From Candidatus Saccharimonadota bacterium (lineage in GTDB: Bacteria; Patescibacteriota; Patescibacteriia; 2-12-FULL-60-25): a stretch of DNA of 32,000 bases. The position numbers and the translations under genes were made by a program. Shown here piece after piece: positions 20,505 through 30,349 of this stretch; positions within the stretch are counted from its first letter, which is position 1; every line of letters starts with the position of its first letter. The notes under the pieces are model-generated. The model saw only the letters and a program-made list of their open reading frames with translations, did not search any database and was not told the DNA's origin. The DNA is taken from the NCBI GenBank assembly GCA_023898425.1, contig CP060222.1, positions 840,001 to 872,000 of the forward strand, written 5' to 3'.

Positions 20505-21364
20505 ATGATGAAACGAATGACTCTTGCATGGCTCACGGCTTTTGTACTCCCGTTATCGGTACAAGCAGCAACCATTCCAGTTGATCCAAACCTTTCGACT
20601 TCTGGCGCTGATAAACTTGAGGTAAAAGCTGATGGCATAGACAGTGCTCGCATCTCAATCAACTTAAAAAATACAAATTTTGGCTCTGTAGAAGGCGCTG
20701 TTGTATCGTTAACATCTTCACGTGGACCAATTGATGATATTTCTCCCGAAGAAACAACGACATCACTAAGCGGTCGCGCTAGTTTTACGGTAAAGTCACT
20801 AAAAAACGGCACGTCTGTTTTACCCCTAGCTATAACGGCACCGTTTTTAACAAGCCAGTCACCATTATTTTTAAAGACGGTTTAAATCTCGCGTTATCCG
20901 TAGGATCGCTCATCAAAATCCCTGATGATAATAACGTAAATACTTTGAGTGATACCGCCGTTTACTACTATGCTTCAAATGGTAAACGTTACGTATTTGC
21001 TAACGAAAAAGTCTTCTTTAGTTGGTATCCAAGTTTTTCGGATGTGCAGACCATCACTCTCGAACAAATGTCACTTATCCCTATTGGAGGTAATGTCACC
21101 TATCGTCCTGGTTCAAAGCTCGTTAAGTTTCAAACCGATGTTAAGACATACCTACCAACAAAAGGCGGTGTCTTGCGCTGGGTAACATCTGAGCAGGTTG
21201 CACGACAATGGTTTGGTGAAAATTGGAATACTCATGTTGATGATATCTCAGAAGCCTTCTTCGTTAATTATCGTATGGGTGAACCAATTGCCCATGAGCT
21301 CGATGTAAGCCCCGAAGGATTACGTGCTCAAGTCACAACTATTGATAAAGATCTAGGATTCTAA
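20505..21364 (+). pseudogene. exported protein with a bacterial Ig-like (Big_1-type) domain, one -1 frame change (about 286 aa if restored)
   Basis: Signal peptide MMKRMTLAWLTAFVLPLSVQA. ADGIDSARISINLKN...GRASFTVKSLKNGTSV is Ig-like. The frame switches in the T4 run at 20817-20820 (tct gtt tt- acc) and continues PSYNGTVFNKPVTIIFKDG...YYYASNGKRYVFANEKVFFSWY to 21364. Confidence 0.6.
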
Positions 21365-21370
21365 GCAAAC

Positions 21371-21405
21371 AAAAAAACCCTCGGTGTTAAGACCGAGGGT
21401 TTTTT
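21371..21405. terminator. bidirectional intrinsic terminator
   Basis: AAAAAA-ACCCTCGG-TGTTAAGA-CCGAGGGT-TTTTT between convergent genes. Confidence 0.75.
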
Positions 21406-21409
21406 GATA

Positions 21410-21772
21410 TTACGCTTTTGCTGGTTTGAGCTTGATGTCTTTTACATCTTTCAAACGCTTCTTGTTGTGACGTACAAAAGAGATGTCGTTTTTCGTGACT
21501 CTTGCCTTACGTACGAGCTCAATCTTTGAGATAGAAGGGAGGTTGAGTGGGAAGATCTTTTCAACGCCAACACGTTCAGCAATTTTGCGAACGGTCATTG
21601 TTTTGTGACCAGAGCCACCAACAGCAATAACAAGGCCTTCGTAGACCTGGATACGCTCACGTTCTGCGCCAGCTTTTGTGACGTCTTTGATCTTCTGGTG
21701 CACGCGAATCGTCATACCTGTCTCAATTTGAGAGGTATGGATCTCTGCAGGAAGGATAAGGGTTTCAGCCAT
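21410..21772 (-). CDS. rplS: 50S ribosomal protein L19
   Basis: ERIQVYEGLVIAVGGSGHKTMTVRKIAERVGVEKIFPLNLPSISKIELV is a close match to the L19 pattern. Confidence 0.95.
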   Translation of the reverse strand: MAETLILPAEIHTSQIETGMTIRVHQKIKDVTKAGAERERIQVYEGLVIAVGGSGHKTMTVRKIAERVGVEKIFPLNLPSISKIELVRKARVTKNDISFVRHNKKRLKDVKDIKLKPAKA

Positions 21773-21784
21773 ATGATTGCGAGA

Positions 21785-21813
21785 AGACTAGCGAATTTGA
21801 CGAAAGAGGTCAA
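21785..21813 (-). promoter_or_regulatory. candidate rplS promoter overlapping the uvrA stop codon
   Basis: Minus strand reads TTGACC (21808-13), 17 nt, TAGTCT (21785-90). The ATG lies 12 nt downstream of the -10 box. Confidence 0.45.
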
Positions 21814-24638
21814 GTCCTGCGTAAGACTTGGCGTAAATATGGGGCTGTTTTGCTTGTTTTGGACTTTGCGACCTCTTCGGGGGTCCCTTGGGCCATAATC
21901 TGGCCTCCGCGTAGACCTCCGTCTGGGCCCATATCGATCATCCAATCTGCCGCCTTCATGATATCGGTATTATGCTCAATAACGAGCACGGTATTACCTT
22001 TGTCCACCAATGCCTGTAAAACCTGCAAAAGACGCTGCATATCCTCGAAATGAAGGCCTGTTGTTGGCTCGTCTAGGATATAGAGGGTTTTACCCGTAGA
22101 ACGCCGTGAGAGCTCCGTTGAGAGCTTTACACGCTGTGCCTCGCCCCCAGAGAGGGTCGTGGCTGATTGCCCAAGACGTACATAACCCAAGCCAACCTCT
22201 TCAAGTACGGCAATCTTGTCATAAATAGCCGGTTGATCGAGAAAGAAGCGCTTCGCCTCTTCTACGGTCATATGCAAAATATCCGCGATGGTTTTGCCGC
22301 GATAACGCACCTCGAGTGCTTCGGCATTATAGCGTTGACCATGACATTCATGACATTCAACATACACATCCGGCATAAATTGCATGGAGATTTGAATACT
22401 CCCGTCACCTGAACAAGCCTCACAACGTCCACCACCTTTTACATTAAAAGAAAACTTACCCGCATCAAAACCTCTAGCCTTTGCTTCGGGCATCTCGGTA
22501 AACAAATCACGAATAGCCGTAAAGACACCCGTATATGTCGCTGGGTTTGAGCGAGGTGTGCGTCCTATAGGTGATTGGTCAACCGTTACGACTTTGTCGA
22601 TATACTCCATCCCATCAATACGCTTATGCTCTGCGATGGGATCTTTTGTATTATAGAAGTGACTCGATAAGGCACGGCCAAGAATATCGAGAATCAATGT
22701 CGACTTACCAGACCCAGAAACACCAGAGATACAAACGAGCTTACCTAGCGGAATCTGACAATCAACATTTTTAAGATGGTAAGCCGAAGCTCCCTTGATC
22801 GTGAGATGCTTTCCATTGCCCTTTCGGCGTTTCGCTGGCGCTTCAATCCCATGCTTACCTGCAAGATATTGACCTGTTTTTGAGTCTTTTGCTTTTTTTA
22901 TCTGAGCCAAAGTACCTTCTGCGATGATATGTCCACCGTACTCGCCTGCTCCAGGACCAATATCAACAATCCAATCAGCGGCTTTCATGACTTCTTCGTC
23001 ATGCTCTACGACAATCACGGTATTTCCGAGATCACGTAAACGTTTAATCGTGCCTATCAGTTTATCATTATCACGAGGATGCAACCCAATAGACGGCTCA
23101 TCTAAAATATAAATCACTCCAGATAGTTCGCTCCCTAGTTGTGCCGCAAGTCTTACGCGTTGAGACTCCCCGCCTGATAGAGACATGGACGAACGATCGA
23201 GCGTTAGATAATCCAAACCAACATCAAGTAAATGCTTGAGTCGTTTTGTGACTTCGGTTGAAACTTGCTTCATGACGGCGCGCTCATGCGGTAATAAGTC
23301 GATCTTTTTTTCGTTTTTGACAAAGAGTTCAAAAAACGTTTGAAGCTCATCAAGTGGCATCGTAACCAAATCTGCAATGCGCTTATTCATGAGCGACACC
23401 GAAAGCGCTGTGCGACATAAGCGTGCGCCTTTACAATCAGGACACGTAAGCACGCGCATATAGGTCTCTAACTCTTTTTGTAAATATTCAGAATCGGTTT
23501 CGCGATGCTTTGTTTCGAGCATTGCGAGCACACCCTCAAAAACAAATTCTTTTTCTCCTACTTCAAAATGTTCTTCGCCCGTTCCATAAAAAAGCACTTT
23601 TATTGCCTTTGCGGAAAACGTCTGGATAGCATCATTGATGCTGAATCCGTATTTTTTACCCACCTCTTCTATAAGTTTGAGCTGAGTACTTTGATTACCC
23701 GCCATACGTGCCCAAGGCTTAATAGCACCTTGCGCGATGGTAAGTTTTTTATTTGGGATAACAAGTTCAGGCTCTAAAACAAGCTTCGTCCCTAGACCTG
23801 TACAAGCAGGGCAAGCACCGTGAGGTGAATTAAACGAAAATAATCTTGGCTCAATTGGCGGCAGCGATAATTCACACACTGAACAAAAAAGTGAACATGA
23901 GAGTAATTGCTCATCACCATTTTCTTCATTCAGAAAGATGAGGGTACCGTTCGCTAATTCAACCGCCTGCTTTACCGCTAAAAGCGCTACATCAATGACA
24001 AGCGACGAACTTTTATCAAATCGCCCGGTGATCACCTCGATGGTGTGCTCTTTTGTCTTATCTATTTTTGTTTTACTAAGCTCAGCGATATCAACCAAGG
24101 TTCCGTCAAAACGCACTTCTTGAAAACCTCGTTGCTTGAGCGATTGCAAAACCACTTTATGCTCACCTTTTTTTTCGCGAATAACTGGCGCGAGTACTGT
24201 GATCGGATGTTTCTTTACACGCTTCATCAAATCTTCTGCCATCGCTTGTGGAGATTGTTCACTTACAAGTGCATCACATTTTGGACAATGCGGTCGTCCG
24301 GCACGCGCAAAAAGCACGCGTAAAAAATCATACATCTCCGTGGTTGTACCTACAGTAGAGCGTGGATTATTAGATGTTGTTTTTGATCAATGGCGATGGT
24401 TGGAGACAAGCCTTCGATTGCATCGAGATCTGGCTTGTCCTGCATCTCCATAAACTGACGCGCATACGAAGACATACTCTCCATATAACGACGCTGACCC
24501 TCTGCATGAATCGTATCGAAAGCGAGTGATGATTTACCAGAGCCTGAAAGTCCGGTCATCACGATGAAGGCGTTTTTCGGTAAATCGAGTGAGACGTTTT
24601 TAAATTATGAACGCGTGCTCCTCGTACCGAAAGGACAT
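21810..24638 (-). pseudogene. uvrA: excinuclease ABC subunit A, three -1 frame changes within the first ~90 codons (943 aa if restored)
   Basis: The main ORF 21810-24335 carries both ABC signatures (LSGGESQRVRLA, LSGGEAQRVKLS), the second Walker A (GVSGSGKST) and Zn-finger Cys pairs. N-terminal pieces [10 protein letters not shown] / [29 protein letters not shown]...IDQK lie in other frames. The breaks are at runs 24630-32, 24597-601 and 24380-84. Confidence 0.9.
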
Positions 24639-24707
24639 GTTGTTTGTGTGCTTTGGCCTTTGGCATGTTGGCGCGAGGCTAGCACTTATGACCTTTCTTA
24701 TCAAGGG

Positions 24708-26733
24708 TCACGGCGCACCACCAGTACAAGTGTTCCCTACGATCAAATTTAAATTCAAGAACCTGCTGCTGGGGGTTAGGCATGCGCCGATATATTTTGC
24801 TTCAGGGTCAGAGATGGCGTTAAGCTCAGTAATGCGACCGCCTTTACAAAATACGCATTTATTACTATCAGTGGCGCATTGTCTTGGGTAGATGCTATTC
24901 CCCGATCTAAAACAAGGCGATGACGGAAGTGAAACAGACGATACCTCCGTTTCCGCAGTAAGACAAATTTTTGTCGTACCCCCCTTGGCCCATTGCAAAT
25001 ACTATCAGGCTCAGTGCTCGGATCTTCGCATTCTGGCTGGATAGTGCACTTAGCATCTTCAGGCACAACCCAATTGACCTCTACCAGTCTTGGAACTTGA
25101 AGTTTTTCAACCGATCCTCGGCATAAGGCAAAATCATGGTCTGAGTTTGGCGTAAGCAAATCTTCGATAACAGTGCCAGCATTTCGATAGCCAGAAACAC
25201 AATCAGCGCTGCCACCGCTTGGCGTCACGCACTGATCGTTACTTGTACAAGGTGAACCAACTGGATTATTTGTTGTCTTAATACAAAGTTTCCAGCTATT
25301 TGACTCACAGACTAGGCCAGATTCACCTTTGCAATCATCATCAGTACCACAAGGCGCTAAAAATGTTCCATCTGAACACTCTTTGATCGTTTGACCAGAA
25401 GCAAGCCCTGTCGGTTCGCCATCACTACCGAACAATGAACTACTCCAAAATGAGGCACGTTGTTCCGTCGATCGAACAAAACGAGTCTCAAGGCATTTTT
25501 GACCACTGCTACAATCGGTATCCGTTGAACAATTTGATACAGCGTTACGACGAGAGTTACTACCGCTATAGCCAAAGTTCGCAGTGAATTCCCGACATAT
25601 AATGTCATCTGGAGGACTTGTGAACTGCAATACCGTTGTCGCTGGATTAATAGTATTTAAAATGACATACGCACCCAATACTAAACCATCCCAACAATAC
25701 CGTTTTTAATAATGTCTTTGCCATCACTAACACCAAGCGGTGTAGCGGATACGAGGTAACGAAAACCACCATACGTAACCATCACGATAGCGACCACTAA
25801 GACAATCGAAGTGAGGTAACGATAAACAACGTTAATATATTCGGTGAGACCGTTTACTTGAGAAACGCCTCCGATAGAAATACCAAGCGTGACCGGAAAT
25901 ACAGGGTTTGTATCCTCACAACGTGCAGCAATTGAACGATTAACGTCTTCTTGTGTACGACCAAGGGTATCTGTGACAGGCGCTGTGCTACCTGTATTTG
26001 TATTATCATTTTCAGTAGGAGAAGTAATTCCGTAACGGCATTCTCTATCAGCTGGGTTGCCTCCATCTAAAGCGCCCTTAATTAAAGGCCCTATGCACTG
26101 GGTTAAAGCTGCGTATCCGCCGTCAACAAAGTGTGCCTGGTAACGATCAAGTGGATAATCGATTCCTTTGTTTAAGCCTTGATACCACTTCACTCCTAAA
26201 CTAGGTAAAGTGCTTTGTTGGATTTGAGAAGTTGCTCTATGCGTATTAAGCGTGATCGAGCCATTCGTACTTGGCTGACCATTAGACCACATAGTGCCAA
26301 TCCAAACGATATTATTCGTCTTTTGCTTTATTGTATTCACAAAAGAAGCCAAACTTGTTTGAAGATTATCTCCACAGTCATTTGCCTGACAAACATTGCC
26401 ATTAGCACTTGCACACCCACAGTCATTACCACCAAGAAAAACAACAACTCCATATACAGGCTCAGAAATACTGTTAAACCCATCCCGAGATAAATGGCCG
26501 CCTGCACCCAAGAAAGAACGCGTTTCTTCGCCACTATGTGTTATCGTTTTAATTACACGGAACCCTTGTGATTCTAAGTATGTTTTCATCGGAGCCTTAA
26601 ATCCATCTCCTTGACTATCACCGATGATGACAATGTTTTTTGTCTGCTGCGCGTGCACAAAAGATAATGGCACGCTAGAAAAAAGCGCGAGCAGTGAAAG
26701 AGTTGCCGCTATACGGCGAAAAAGAGCGTTCAT
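24708..26733 (-). pseudogene. exported mosaic protein: signal peptide, SGNH/GDSL-type hydrolase domain, pilin-like TM hairpin, Cys-rich C-terminal region (about 675 aa if two bases are restored)
   Basis: Three consecutive ORFs (26733-25681, 25678-, 24998-24708) each shift by -1. Features are GDS block VIIGDSQGDG and FLGGNDCG, a TM hairpin IVLVVAIVMVTYGGFRYLVSA...GIVGMV|LGAYVILNTINP split by the stop at 25681-83, and a G6 run at 24975-80. The ATG overlaps the dsbA-like stop (ATGA). Confidence 0.6.
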
Positions 26734-27497
26734 AGTTTTGTTTTTGGTAGAGTGTTTTGTTTTTCTAACCATTTGATGATCGAATCAAAAGCCTCACGAT
26801 CAAGTGAGCCTTGTACGCGATGACCGTTTAAGAAAAAGGTAGGCGTCCCTTGTACACCTGATTGCAATCCGAGGGCGATATCTGTTTCTACGGCAGTACG
26901 TGTACGACCTGATGTAAGGCATTCTTCAAAGAGTAGTGGTGCAACACCAGCCTCTTGAGCATAACGAGTTAAATCTTTATCGCTAAACAATTGATTGAGA
27001 AAAAGCTTATCGTGATAACTCCAAAACTTGTCTTTATCAATTTGTTGTACGCAACGCGCAGCCATCGCAGCTTTCGTTGCGCCTGGATGTAGGTATTCGA
27101 TTGGAAAATCTCTCACGATCAAACGCACTTCGTCTGGTTTATCGGTAACAAGCTGGCGCACATGCTCGAAAGATTGCTTACAAAACGGGCAGCCATAATC
27201 TAAAAATTCAACAATTACCACTGGAGCATCCATAGAACCAACCGAAGGAGCGTCATCAGATTGCAAGCGTAATAAGTCTGACTTGCTCACATTTGGTGAT
27301 ACGGCGCGATTACTGACACTCGAACCAAAGGTCCGGTCAAAGACAGGATCAATATCTCCATTGCGTATACCCGAATAAAAATCAAAAACCTGACGTGTAA
27401 ATGCAAGCACACCAACGACCAATAATAAAAGAAAAAGCCATCCTATCGTTTTAGGTAGACTGAGACGGGGCTTAGATTTTAAAGGGAGCTCAGCCAT
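26730..27497 (-). CDS. membrane-anchored DsbA/BdbD-like thiol:disulfide oxidoreductase
   Basis: N-terminal TM helix, thioredoxin-fold active site FLDYGCPFCKQ, and C-terminal GTPTFFLNG (cis-Pro loop region). Confidence 0.85.
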   Translation of the reverse strand: MAELPLKSKPRLSLPKTIGWLFLLLLVVGVLAFTRQVFDFYSGIRNGDIDPVFDRTFGSSVSNRAVSPNVSKSDLLRLQSDDAPSVGSMDAPVVIVEFLDYGCPFCKQSFEHVRQLVTDKPDEVRLIVRDFPIEYLHPGATKAAMAARCVQQIDKDKFWSYHDKLFLNQLFSDKDLTRYAQEAGVAPLLFEECLTSGRTRTAVETDIALGLQSGVQGTPTFFLNGHRVQGSLDREAFDSIIKWLEKQNTLPKTKL

Positions 27498-27506
27498 ATT
27501 AACTCC

Positions 27507-27515
27507 ATTATATCA
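27507..27515 (-). promoter_or_regulatory. extended -10 box (TGaTATAAT) upstream of the dsbA-like gene
   Basis: Minus strand reads cgTGaTATAATggagttaatATG, with a 9-nt gap to the ATG. Confidence 0.4.
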
Positions 27516-27556
27516 CGTTGACGTAATACCTGTCTTGCGTTAACGTGAGCGCCGAT

Positions 27557-27778
27557 ATGAGACAAACTATTCTCGCTATTGTCATGATCACCCTCTCGAT
27601 CGTCTTGACGATCTTGATTCTTCTTCAGCAAAGAGGCTCTGGCCTTGGTGCTGCTTTTGGCGGTGATTCGAGTGTTTTTCGTACAAAACGTGGTCTTGAG
27701 AAGGTCATTTTCTATAGCACTATCGGTGTAGCGGTATTGTTCTTCGGTGTTGCCATTCTCAACCTCGTTCTCGCTTAA
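27557..27778 (+). CDS. secG: preprotein translocase subunit SecG
   Basis: 73-aa two-TM protein with LLQQRGSGLGAAFGG...VFRTKRGLEK. Confidence 0.85.
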   Translation: MRQTILAIVMITLSIVLTILILLQQRGSGLGAAFGGDSSVFRTKRGLEKVIFYSTIGVAVLFFGVAILNLVLA

Positions 27779-27786
27779 TTTGACCG

Positions 27787-27808
27787 CCCTTCGTTTTGAA
27801 GGGTTTTT
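27787..27808 (+). terminator. intrinsic terminator after secG
   Basis: CCCTTC-GTTTT-GAAGGG-TTTTT. Confidence 0.65.
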
Positions 27809-27812
27809 CGCT

Positions 27813-27818
27813 TACAAT
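27813..27818 (+). promoter_or_regulatory. -10 box TACAAT, 7 nt upstream of ATG 27826
   Basis: cttTACAATtgaccttATG, no SD. Leaderless geometry. Confidence 0.4.
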
Positions 27819-27825
27819 TGACCTT

Positions 27826-29645
27826 ATGCCTATGACGTTCTTCGATCGATTGAAACGCGCGTGGCAGCAGGTCTTTTTTTGGCAAAAGACTGATAGCTCC
27901 ACCGCAGAGATTGCATCCCATGCACATGATGACCATGCGCTTGTTCTTGCCGTAACAAAAACCAAGTCCACAAAAGGACTTAAGCAGTTACGATTTGTTA
28001 ATAAAGTACTAAGCGACAAAGAGAAAAGACTATTCTGGATCGCCTTTTTACTCGCTATCCTTTCTCTTGGAGCTCTTATAACGGAGATTATTCGTCATAA
28101 TACCGTCACTAGCCCAAGCGTTGGTGGCACCTATGTCGAAGCACTTGTTGGATCACCAAAGCTCGTGAATCCACTATTTGCGCCAGCAAATGACGTTGAT
28201 CGTGATCTATCATCACTTATTTTCTCTAGCCTCTTTCGTGTTGGTCCTGAATTACAACCAATGCCTGAGCTTGCCGAAAGCTACCAGTGGTTAGATGACG
28301 GCAAAACATTACAAGTCGTCTTACGTAAAGACGCGCGTTTTCATGACGGCGAAACCGTAGATGCTGACGATGTGATCTTTACCGTTGCCGCCGCAAAAAA
28401 CACTGCTTGGCGTTCACCTGTAAGCGCTCTCTTAAAGGATGTGCAAACCGTGCGTGTAGATGACTTTACGGTGCAATTTCAGCTACCCGAAGCTCGTCCA
28501 ACATTTCTTTTAGATCTCACCTTCGGCATTTTGCCAGAGCATCTTTGGAATGATATTCAAGATGCAAATGCACAATTAGCTGATCTTAATATACGACCTA
28601 TCGGTAGTGGACCCTATCGCGTAACGGCATTTACTCGCGATAGCAAAGGGGCTGTTCTTCATTATGATCTTGAGCGCTTTGATGCGTTTTACGGGATCAA
28701 GCCAGCGATTGAGCATATCCGTTTTCGTTTTTACCCTGATCGAAAAACAGCCATCGATGCGTTAAAACAACAACAAGTAAACGGTTTAGCTTTTGTACCA
28801 TGGGGTGATGTTAAATCACTCAATACATCCAAGATTCACACAGCTCAACTCGAGCTCCCGCAAGAAACGGTTGTCTTCTTTAATACAAAGATAGTCTTTT
28901 GCAGGATGCAAAAATTCGTGAAGCTCTCATGAAAGCGATTCAACCTTCTGAGATCCTTGGTCTTCTTCAAGCGCCTTCAATGCTTGTAAATGGCCCTTAT
29001 CCTTTATAAATAGCGCATCTTCAACACAAACCCTGACCTTGATAAAGCGCGTCAGATGCTCAATGATGCAGGATGGATTCTCACCGAAGGCGCTTCGATA
29101 CGTACACTTAAAACAAAAGATACAAACGCTTCGTCGACACCTCAAGAGCTTACGCTTCGAATTAATGTTCCAGAACAGCCAGACCTGCAAAAAGTTGCTG
29201 AGGCCCTACAGCGTTTCTGGTCTCTTGCTGGTGCCAAAGTTGAAATCAATGTCAGCGATGTCCGTGAGATTGTCGCCAACCGAAATCACCAAGTCTACGT
29301 TACAAATATTCAGATTTCACCTAACCAAGACATGAAGCCATTTTGGAGCAGCACAGCAGCAACGGAGCCGGATATAATTTTGCCAACCTAGCAGATCGCG
29401 ATATCGACGCTGCATTGATCGCCATCGATCAGGCAACGAGCACCGAAGCTATTGCTATAGCTCAACAACATTTTTCCGATAAGCTTCAGAGTAAATTTGC
29501 CGCCTACTTCTTGCTACGACCTTCGTATGCTTATGCAATATCGAGTGACATTAAAGGCGTGACAAATGAAAAAATCTCTCGTCCGTCAGATCGTTTTCAA
29601 TCGATCAATCAATGGTTCATCAAAACCCATTGGACTTGGAAATAA
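27826..29645 (+). pseudogene. family-5 (peptide/nickel, OppA/DppA-like) ABC substrate-binding protein with N-terminal cytoplasmic tail and TM anchor, four -1 frame changes (607 aa if restored)
   Basis: The SBP_5-like core (PLFAPANDVDRDLSSLIFSSLFRV...AESYQWLDDGKTLQVVLRKDARFHDGETVDADDVIFT) continues in successive -1 frames as KDSLLQDAKIREALMKAI, FINSA, FNTNPDLDKARQMLNDAGW and GAGYNFANLADRDIDAAL. No permease or ATPase genes are adjacent. Confidence 0.8.
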
Positions 29646-29654
29646 TGCCTATAA

Positions 29655-29680
29655 AACCACCGCTTAATACGGTGGTTTTT
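29655..29680 (+). terminator. intrinsic terminator
   Basis: AACCACCG-CTTAATA-CGGTGGTT-TTT. Confidence 0.7.
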
Positions 29681-29688
29681 GAACAAAG

Positions 29689-29728
29689 ATCCGATGTGTG
29701 AATGACGAGGTCACTCAAACACATCGGA
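29689..29728. other. 11-bp hairpin with an 18-nt loop, a possible terminator for the minus-strand cassette
   Basis: ATCCGATGTGT...ACACATCGGAT. The minus strand continues CTTTGTTC. Confidence 0.35.
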
Positions 29729-29787
29729 TTTTAAGAAAGAAGGTGCGGACTATTCGCCGCGTGCGTCCTGATAATACTTACGCATTC

Positions 29788-30307
29788 TCATAAGGAACGG
29801 CACATATTTTGCTGAAGGAGTAGCTCTACCGCCTTCACAGCAATCGCCATAGGCTCAATATCTGGTGAAGCCGCGATGTAAAGCATGTCTGCGATACGCT
29901 TTGCCAACTCTTCCTTCTTGATCTGTGTTCTCACCCATTTAGCGCATACGTTCAGAACACGAAGACGCGCTTCTGTTTCAGTGAGCAGCCTTAGCTCCAT
30001 CGCACAATCGATGATGTGCTTATGCAGTCCAAGAGCAAAGTACGGACTTTCGGAGTCGTGCAAAGACGAATCCTTCATCACAGACCAATACAATCTGTTG
30101 CTCGATACTCTGCTTTTTCAAGCAATCTTCCATAACTGCATCGAATTTCACTGGATCATCTTGTAAAATCCTTCTGAGAACGGCCTTTACTTTCTTGAGA
30201 TCTTTTTCCAGGCTTTGTTGCTTGGATATGTGACCCTGCATGGTACCCAGGCTCACTTCAGATATGTCCACGGTTCCTCCAACCTGCCAAAGGCGAAATC
30301 GTCTCAC
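29788..30307 (-). pseudogene. hypothetical protein encoded by two overlapping ORFs in different frames (about 170 aa if joined)
   Basis: ORF 30307-30020 and ORF 30093-29788 overlap by 74 nt with a +1 offset. Both translate to helical, protein-like sequence, while the plus-strand ORF over the same DNA looks like antisense noise. Confidence 0.35.
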
Positions 30308-30349
30308 AAGCCGTGAGAGGGCCGACTATCTCATAATATGATACATGCG

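Noticed and set aside
21850-24453. Plus-strand ORFs inside uvrA (for example 23505-23777, 24045-24323, 24136-24453).
   Set aside because: They are antisense to a clearly identified uvrA reading frame, with no independent signals.
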